Below are positions 52,633-64,000 of a DNA stretch of 64,000 bases, in pieces; position 1 is the first letter of the stretch, and every line of letters starts with the position of its first letter. Below the pieces are notes generated by a model, which saw only the letters and a program-made list of their open reading frames with translations, searched no databases and was not told the origin of the DNA. Source of the DNA: an uncultured Candidatus Rokubacteria bacterium (lineage in GTDB: Bacteria > Methylomirabilota > Methylomirabilia > Rokubacteriales > CSP1-6); contig CAVXJS010000007.1 in the NCBI GenBank assembly GCA_963762145.1, positions 320,001 to 384,000 on the forward strand. Direction: 5' to 3'. The translations under genes were made by a program, and so were the position numbers.

Positions 52633-53897
52633 CAGGCCGCGCTCCAGATGTTGCGACCGCGGGTCTCGGGCGCGAGGCAGGCCGAGACGAAGGCGCCCGC
52701 GGCCAGCAGCAGGCAGAGGGCGAAGGCGGCGCGATAGGCGTCGTGGCCGTACACGCGCGCGCCCTCGACGAGCGCGCCGTCCCAGTGGCGATCGAGCACG
52801 ATCCCGGTCGCCCACTGGGTCAGCCCGAAGGCGACGAACGCGGGCACGTTGTGGAAGCCGAGCGCCACGCCCACGTACCGCGGGTCGTTGACCTCGCGGA
52901 TGGCCGCGAAGACCAGCACCACCACGCTCGAGCCCAGGCCGATCAGGAAGCAGGCGGCCGGCAGAAAGGTCGGCGCGGTCGGCGCGGCCGGCACGACGAG
53001 GGCGAGCCAGGTGACGACGTTCACGGCGCTGACCATGATCAGGGGAAGTCGACGACGTTTCAGCCGGTCGGAGAGCCAGCCGATCAGCGGGGCGCCCACC
53101 AGGAGGCCGAGCGCGGCCAGCCCGACCAGGTTGGCGGCCTGCACGCGCGGCAGCTCGTAGACCTGCGTGAGGTACGGCACGCCCCAGAGGCCCACGAAGG
53201 CGGCGAAGCCCCCGTAGATGCCGGCCGAGACGAGACCCAGCGTCCAGGAGTGCGGATTGACGAGCACGCCCGGTATCCCCGCGATGATCTCCCGGAGCCC
53301 CGGCTGCGGTCCGCGCGGTCGGCCGCCGGCCGGGCGCTCCGGCCGGTCGCGCACGGTGAGGAAGCACGCGACGGCCAGCAGCGCGGTGGCCACGCCGATG
53401 GTGACGAAGCCGTGGCGCCAGCCGATCTGCTCGACCAGCAGGGCGAGCGGCGTGGTGCCCGCCAGCGCGCCGATCGAGCCCACGCTCTGCGCCGCGCCCG
53501 AGACGGTCCCGAACTCCCCGGTGGCGAACCACTCCGAGGCCAGGCGCAGCCCGGCGATGAGGATCACGGAGGCGCCCAGGCCCACGAGCAGGCGGCCGGC
53601 GAGGGCCACCCCGAACCCGGGTGCGAGCCCGAAGAGCACCGAGCCCGCGCTCATGCTGAGCCCGCCCAGGCTCAGCGTGCGGCGCGCGCCGAGGAAATCG
53701 GCGAGGCTGCCGCCCGGGAGCCCCATGGCCGCGAAGCAGTACGGGTAGATCGCGGAGAGCGCGCCCAGGGTGGCCGCGGAGACCGCGAAGGCCGCCATCA
53801 GGTCGCCCGCCACGACCACCGGCGCGACGCGGTGGAAGTAGGAGAGGAAGTAGAGGAGGGCGGGGACGACCAGGACGCTCCAGCGCGTCGGGGTCAC
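52632..53897 (-). CDS. MFS transporter
   Basis: 'YFHRVA', 'G.LADFLGARR', 'GWLSDRLKRRR'; about 12 TM. Confidence 0.92.
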   Translation of the reverse strand: MTPTRWSVLVVPALLYFLSYFHRVAPVVVAGDLMAAFAVSAATLGALSAIYPYCFAAMGLPGGSLADFLGARRTLSLGGLSMSAGSVLFGLAPGFGVALAGRLLVGLGASVILIAGLRLASEWFATGEFGTVSGAAQSVGSIGALAGTTPLALLVEQIGWRHGFVTIGVATALLAVACFLTVRDRPERPAGGRPRGPQPGLREIIAGIPGVLVNPHSWTLGLVSAGIYGGFAAFVGLWGVPYLTQVYELPRVQAANLVGLAALGLLVGAPLIGWLSDRLKRRRLPLIMVSAVNVVTWLALVVPAAPTAPTFLPAACFLIGLGSSVVVLVFAAIREVNDPRYVGVALGFHNVPAFVAFGLTQWATGIVLDRHWDGALVEGARVYGHDAYRAAFALCLLLAAGAFVSACLAPETRGRNIWSAA

Positions 53898-54352
53898 TGG
53901 CCGGCCTTGCGCCAGTCCTCGATCTGCGCGCGATGCTCCTGATAGTGATGCCGGCTGTTGAGGTCCACGATCTTGTGGGCGGTCTTGCCGGGCACGTAGC
54001 GCTCCTCCGGCACCGCGGCGGCCGCCCGCATGAAGGCGGCGTGCGAGGCATCGAGCTCGGCCAGGATGTCGGCGGTGTACGCGCCCTTCTTGGCGTCCGC
54101 GAACCGGCCGTTCCAGGCGTCCACGTCCTCGTAGGACACCCCCTCGGGGACCGGGCGCTCGCCCCGGGCGATGCGCTCGAGCGCCGGCCCCATCTCGCGA
54201 TGCCAGCCCGAGATGTGGGCCACGATGTCGCGCGCGCTCCAGGTCCCGAGCCAGATCTGGCGCATCCGCGCCTCGTCGAGTTCCGCGATCGCGCGCTTGA
54301 ACCGGGTGAACTCGGTCTCGGCCTCGCTCAGCAGCGTCGTCTTCTCCGACAT
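53894..54352 (-). CDS. DinB-superfamily four-helix bundle (ClbS/DfsB-like)
   Basis: GGAGG RBS; 'WSARDIVAH..GW', 'HHYQEH'. Confidence 0.78.
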   Translation of the reverse strand: MSEKTTLLSEAETEFTRFKRAIAELDEARMRQIWLGTWSARDIVAHISGWHREMGPALERIARGERPVPEGVSYEDVDAWNGRFADAKKGAYTADILAELDASHAAFMRAAAAVPEERYVPGKTAHKIVDLNSRHHYQEHRAQIEDWRKAGQ

Positions 54353-54366
54353 GGCCGCGCCTCCGT

Positions 54367-54813
54367 CTAGCTGGGTGCTCCGAGCGTTCGCGGCGGGATG
54401 CGCTTGTAGAAGAGCAGCTCGCGGACGCCCTGGGGCAGGTTGTCGATGTGCCCGCTCGGCTGAAAGCCGAGCGCGCGGTGCATCTGGATGGACACCGCGT
54501 TGGTCTCCTCGGTGGAGGAGTACAGGCGCGGGGTGGGGGACACCGCCTCCACCGACTTGAAGAACTCGCGCGCGATGCCCTTGCGGCGGAAGTCGTCCCG
54601 CACCACCACCAGGCTCACGAACGTGCACTGGAACCAGTCGCTCCGGTAGGCGAGGAAGCCCACCACCTCGCCCTCCGCCTCGGCCACGATCAGGTGATGG
54701 CGCTCGAGGTGGGAGCGGATGAACGCACCGGCGCGCTCCTCCCCGATGACGGCCGCGGCGAGGGTGCGGCAGCCGACCTCGTCGGCCACCCGGGGCAGTC
54801 GGATCTCGATCAT
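54367..54813 (-). CDS. GNAT N-acetyltransferase
   Basis: 'V...FRRKGIA', 'N..S..MH..LGF'. Confidence 0.85.
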   Translation of the reverse strand: MIEIRLPRVADEVGCRTLAAAVIGEERAGAFIRSHLERHHLIVAEAEGEVVGFLAYRSDWFQCTFVSLVVVRDDFRRKGIAREFFKSVEAVSPTPRLYSSTEETNAVSIQMHRALGFQPSGHIDNLPQGVRELLFYKRIPPRTLGAPS

Positions 54814-54850
54814 GATCGGCCGGGGCGCATGGGCCGCGACGGCCGGCGCC

Positions 54851-55546
54851 TCAGTACGTGCCGGGGCGGATCCGCTTGAACAGCTCCTTGAGCTTGTCGG
54901 CGGTGAAGCCGGGGCTCTGGCACACCGAGATGATCTCGCGCTCGTCCGCCTCGACCTTGGCGATCGCCTCGGGGATCTTGGTGGCGATGTCCTGCGGGAT
55001 CGTGCAGACCCCGTGCTGGTCCCCGTGGACCAGGTCGCCCGGCTTGATCAGCACGCCGCCGACCTTGATCGGGACGCCGAAGTCCACCATGTGGACGTTG
55101 GCGTGGGAGACCGAGACATGGGCCGCGCAGAACTGGAATCCGAGCGCGCGCACCTCGTCGAGGTCGCGCACCGAGCCGTCGGTGACCACGCCCACGCACC
55201 CGAGGGCGCGATGGATATTGGCCTGGACCTCGCCCCACTGGGCGCCCTGACCGCGCGGATCGTCCAGGTCGTGCACCACGATCACGCGGGGCGCCGGGAT
55301 GCTGAGGACGAAATCCCACCAGCCGTAGGTGCTGGCCCGGTGGCCCTCGATCGGTCCCTGCTCGGCCCGGATGACGCACGGCACCGCGTAGCCCACCATC
55401 GGCCCCATCTCGGGGAAGAGCGCGCGGATGTCCGAGGACAGGTTACCCTGCTCCCGCGGGCGAACCTTGAAGGTCTCGATGGCATTGGCGACGCTGGGAC
55501 TGGTGATCTTCTTGAGCGCTTCGACCTCTTGCGTGGTGAGCGGCAC
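54851..55546 (-). CDS. RraA/HMG aldolase family protein
   Basis: 'WGE', 'TDGSVRD', 'PGDLVHGDQHGV'. Confidence 0.88.
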   Translation of the reverse strand: MPLTTQEVEALKKITSPSVANAIETFKVRPREQGNLSSDIRALFPEMGPMVGYAVPCVIRAEQGPIEGHRASTYGWWDFVLSIPAPRVIVVHDLDDPRGQGAQWGEVQANIHRALGCVGVVTDGSVRDLDEVRALGFQFCAAHVSVSHANVHMVDFGVPIKVGGVLIKPGDLVHGDQHGVCTIPQDIATKIPEAIAKVEADEREIISVCQSPGFTADKLKELFKRIRPGTY

Positions 55547-55595
55547 GGGTGTCCTCCGTATGCGACTGGCGTGAGGGGTTGGTGACCGGGTCGGG

Positions 55596-60664
<5,069 letters not shown>

Positions 60665-60668
<4 letters not shown>

Positions 60669-61237
60669 CGCCGATCGCCGTCCGGCGCCGCGCCCGGGGT
60701 CCGCCGGGCTGGCGGCGTTGACGCGGCCGGTGCGCCGTCGCCGGGCGCCGCGGGGGCCGTGGGCGCTGGCCGCGGCTTGGCGGGGTCCTGGAGCAGCACC
60801 TCGAGCAGCCCGTCGGGCCGGGCGATGATCGCGCGATCGTCGGTGATGGACTGCACGCGGCCGCCGGCGACCACGTCGCCGACCGAGTAGCCGAACGTAC
60901 GCTTGGCCACCGGATCTTCCAGGAACGCCCGGCTCTTCGAGCCGTTCATGACCACGCCGTGGAGGAAGGGCTTCGGCCCCGCGGCGACCGCGGGGCCGGC
61001 GACGGTCTCCGAACGCGTCGGGCTGAAGAGGTTGCGGGACGCGACGACCGCGTAGGAAGCCGCGGCGGGCGGCGCCGCCGCCGGGGCCGGAGACAGCACC
61101 GGAACCGGTCGAGACGCGCGTGACGCCGAGGGAGGCGGGAGGCGGAGCGGCGTGACGAGCTCGCGGGTCATCCCGGCGGCGAAGAGGCAGCCGAGGAGCC
61201 CCACCAGCACGTTGACGGCGAGCAGGTGTCTCGACAC
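60665..61237 (-). CDS. T2SS GspC-like protein
   Basis: Single TM, Pro-rich linker, 'RNLFSP', 'LHGVV....RAFL', 'VGDVV.G..V..I'; position between gspM and gspD. Confidence 0.65.
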
Positions 61238-61240
61238 GGG

Positions 61241-61834
61241 CTAGTCGCTCTTGGCGGTGGCGGACCTGGCGCTTGGGGCCGGGCCGGGCAGGAGGTAACC
61301 CGCGATCACGACGGTGGTGAGCAGCTCGCGCGGCTGCCCGACCGCCACCACCCGGATCTTGACGTCCTTGAGCGTGAGGAGCTGGGGGGTGCGCTCCAGG
61401 CGTGAGAGGGCGGACGCGGTGTCGCGGATGCTGCCCATGACGGCGAGCTCGATGGAAACCTCCTGGAGCCCCTGCAGATCCGATGCGGGTAGCACCCGCT
61501 CGCTCCGGACCTCGACGCTCGCGTCGCCCAGCAGCTCCTTGACGAGCTGCTGGAGCTCGGACGCGGCGAGCGGCGCGGTGGGACCCCGTAGCAGGCGCTT
61601 GGATTCGGCCGCCAGCCGCGCGTTGACAGCAGCCAGCTCCTCGGCCAGCCGCGCCTGCTGCTGGGCCTGACCGCGCCGCCGCTCGAGGATTTCCTCACGC
61701 GCGGGCACGGTAGCCTCCGCGGTGCGGGCGCGAGTCATGAGCGGCTCGACGATCGCGAGGTAGCCGCCGACCAACAAGGCGATGGCCGCTCCGGCTCCGA
61801 CTACGAGGCGCTCCCGGGGCTTCAAGGTCGGCAT
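61241..61834 (-). CDS. gspM: T2SS GspM-like protein
   Basis: 'LKPRER' + TM + coiled coil + 'LE..P.LL.L..V.I'. Confidence 0.75.
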   Translation of the reverse strand: MPTLKPRERLVVGAGAAIALLVGGYLAIVEPLMTRARTAEATVPAREEILERRRGQAQQQARLAEELAAVNARLAAESKRLLRGPTAPLAASELQQLVKELLGDASVEVRSERVLPASDLQGLQEVSIELAVMGSIRDTASALSRLERTPQLLTLKDVKIRVVAVGQPRELLTTVVIAGYLLPGPAPSARSATAKSD

Positions 61835-61835
61835 G

Positions 61836-63167
61836 CTAGCGCTCCCGAGTCTCCCAGGCCGCCCGGAGGCGGAACTGCTCCTTGTTCTGGGTCTTGGTCA
61901 CGGGCGAGGTGAACTCCACTCGCTCCAGGCGGTCCGAGGCCTCGAGCAAGGGGATCAGGGCGCTCGCCCCATCGGACTGACCGACCAGCTCGATCCCCTG
62001 GCGGTCGAGGGTCAACCCCTGGAGCCAGGCGCCCTGCGGCAGGGTCTCGGTCAGCTCACGCAGGATGGGGAGGGCCGGGATGCGGCCGTCCTGGGCGGCC
62101 TCGAGCGCGGCTAGGACTCGCCGCTTCTGGCCGAGCTCGCCGGCCAAGCGCTCGACCGCCTTCACCTCCGGATCCAGCCGGCGGATCTCCTGCGAAAGAT
62201 GATCGAGATATCGCTCGGTTTTGATCACGTGAGTGAGAGCCAGGGCGAGGCCCAGAAGCGCCGTCACCCCGATGATCCCCACGGTCACGAGCTGCTCGCG
62301 TGAAGGCGTCCAGAGCCGCGCCTCCGCGGGGAGCAGGTTGAGCGCGGGGGTTCGCGGCCCGACCGCGACCGCAAGCGCCAGGAGGCCGGCGCCCTGCTCC
62401 TCCGCGGCCAGAGCATCGACGAGCGACGCCCGGTCCGCGGCATACGGGGGAGCCGAGACCGGGACGCCCATGACCTCGGCCAGGTCGGCGATCTCGACGT
62501 CCGCCCCGCTCCCGGAGAGCCAGACTGCCCCGCAGTCCCTCCATCGGACGATGGACAGGCTCCGACGGATCTCCCGGGCCAGGTCCGTGGCGGTCCCGAC
62601 CGTTACGCGGCGGCTCAGCAGGAGCCGGTGCTCGTCGAGGAAGAGCAGGTCGGTGGCCTCACCGTTCTGGTGGGCCCAGACCGCCCGCGGGGCCGGTGCC
62701 TCGCGGCCCAGCAGGGCGGGCAGCTCGTGACAGGCCACGACGACCGCTGCCGCCCGTCGATGGGCCGCGGCGAGCAACCCGAGGGGTCGCTCCACCGTGC
62801 GGCGTTCGGCCGCCACGATCAGCACGTGGTGCGGCTCGTCGAGGCCGGTCGGCAGCTCCAGCCAGTCGAACCGGACCCCCTCGGCCGGGAACGGCACGTG
62901 CCGCTCCAGATCGAAGCCGATCATCGCGCCGATGTCCCTACTGGCCGCGCGCGGCAGCTCGATCGTCTTGACCACCGCCAGCCGGCGATCGAGACCCACG
63001 CGGGCGTGGCGTCCGGTGAGTCCGCGCGCCTGCAGCTCCGCGGCGAGCCTGGCCGCGGGGTCCTCCGCGCCCTCGATGACGAAGTGCTCGACCTCGCCCC
63101 GGCCGGCCATGCCGACCACGGTGATTCGGCCGTTGTCCAGGTAGAGGCCGATACGCGAGGGCATCAT
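61836..63167 (-). CDS. gspL: T2SS GspL / PilN-domain protein
   Basis: Actin-like N-domain 'LERHVPF', 'LNLLP' + TM, 'LTETLP..AWL', 'LIPLLEAS..L..VEF.SP'. Confidence 0.78.
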   Translation of the reverse strand: MMPSRIGLYLDNGRITVVGMAGRGEVEHFVIEGAEDPAARLAAELQARGLTGRHARVGLDRRLAVVKTIELPRAASRDIGAMIGFDLERHVPFPAEGVRFDWLELPTGLDEPHHVLIVAAERRTVERPLGLLAAAHRRAAAVVVACHELPALLGREAPAPRAVWAHQNGEATDLLFLDEHRLLLSRRVTVGTATDLAREIRRSLSIVRWRDCGAVWLSGSGADVEIADLAEVMGVPVSAPPYAADRASLVDALAAEEQGAGLLALAVAVGPRTPALNLLPAEARLWTPSREQLVTVGIIGVTALLGLALALTHVIKTERYLDHLSQEIRRLDPEVKAVERLAGELGQKRRVLAALEAAQDGRIPALPILRELTETLPQGAWLQGLTLDRQGIELVGQSDGASALIPLLEASDRLERVEFTSPVTKTQNKEQFRLRAAWETRER

Positions 63168-64000
63168 GACGCGACCCCCGGGCGCCAGGAGACGATCGTC
63201 AGATCCAGCCCGCGGCCCGGCCGGCCGCGCCGCACCACCGCGACGACCCGGCCGCGCGGGACGCCCCCCACCAGACCCTCGGCCTCGATCCGAAACGTGC
63301 TGCTTCCCACCGTGAATCCGCGTCCCGCGAACCGTCCCGGCACCGTCGGGTAGGGGGCGCGCACGCGGGTCTGCACCACGTCGGCGATCTCGGCGTCCGA
63401 GAGGCCACAGGCCTTGAGGACGAGCGGCGAGGCGGTGTTGAGGTTCACGGTGTTGGCGGTGACCGCGGTGACGAGATCGCCCAGCCCCGGGCGGCCGCTC
63501 CCTCCGAAGTAGAGCTCGGGCGTGACGCCGCGAATCTGCAGCAGCTCCGTCGCGTCCTGGAGGTTGGCGTTACGCGCGCGGTAGGGCACCGGCAGCTTCA
63601 GGTAGACTTCGCTCTCGGCGCCGTGAGCGCGGTGCAGCTCGTTGGCGTCCCGCCAGTCCTGGAGCGAATCGGCGATGACGTCGCGCTGCTGGCGGTCCAC
63701 GTCGAGCACCTGCAGCAGCCGGTCGAAGCGGGAGATGTCGTTCGAGTTGAGACCGAGCCGCGCCGCCTCGTCGCTGATCCGGTAGGAGAACTGCCCGAGC
63801 CCAGCGGGACGCGCGTGCGCGGCAGCGCGGGCACCCGCGCCGGGGTGGTCTGGCCGGGCAGGGAGCGGTAGAAGACGAGCGCGCCGTCGCCGTCCACCGC
63901 GGTGACCTGAGCCTGGCTCAGGATCTCGCGAATCGCCTGGTGCACGCCGGCCTCGGCCAGGTGCTGGCCCACGACGCCGTCCCGGTATGCGCGCACCATG
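63164..64000 (-). CDS. gspK: T2SS minor pseudopilin GspK (5' truncated, frameshifted near 63730-63810)
   Basis: 'LAEAGV..AI', 'YRISDE..RL', 'IADSLQDWRD....GAE', 'ELLQIRGVT', 'VNLNTA...VL'. Confidence 0.85.
   Translation of the reverse strand, partial: HGARIPGRRRGPAPGRGRRAPGDSRDPEPGSGHRGGRRRRARLLPLPARPDHPGAGARAAAHARPAGLGQFSYRISDEAARLGLNSNDISRFDRLLQVLDVDRQQRDVIADSLQDWRDANELHRAHGAESEVYLKLPVPYRARNANLQDATELLQIRGVTPELYFGGSGRPGLGDLVTAVTANTVNLNTASPLVLKACGLSDAEIADVVQTRVRAPYPTVPGRFAGRGFTVGSSTFRIEAEGLVGGVPRGRVVAVVRRGRPGRGLDLTIVSWRPGVAS

Overview
High-GC bacterial chromosomal segment. Gene content and repeats suggest Ca. Rokubacteria/Methylomirabilota, but this is inference only. No rRNA, tRNA or CRISPR array was seen. 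From left to right: a Mo-hydroxylase (CoxLMS-type) + PotABCD-type ABC transporter + ComD/ComE-like ThDP decarboxylase operon; CoA-metabolism genes; an imuA-imuB-dnaE2 SOS mutagenesis cassette whose DnaE2 carries a 423-aa LAGLIDADG intein; LysR with a divergent ArsN1-like GNAT; MMPL; DUF72; a FmdB-GNAT-MshA-like operon running into phnA, a dimethylglycine/sarcosine-dehydrogenase-like gene and phnW; a peptide ABC transporter; ferredoxin; a sigma54-preceded stand-alone Fis-type HTH; a Cys-less thiolase/DUF35/CoA-transferase/MaoC cluster; cimA plus a two-subunit Fe-S hydro-lyase; an alkylsulfatase/MFS cluster; ligA; and T2SS gspD-C-M-L-K. Two palindromic repeat families overlap coding sequence. 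Frameshifts cluster at about 31.5-35.3 kb and 41-51 kb and look like long-read consensus errors rather than pseudogenes. Best leads for new biology: the phnA-GcvT-phnW phosphonate cluster, the intein in the error-prone polymerase, the stop-donating REPIN-like element, and the thiolase lacking its catalytic cysteines.
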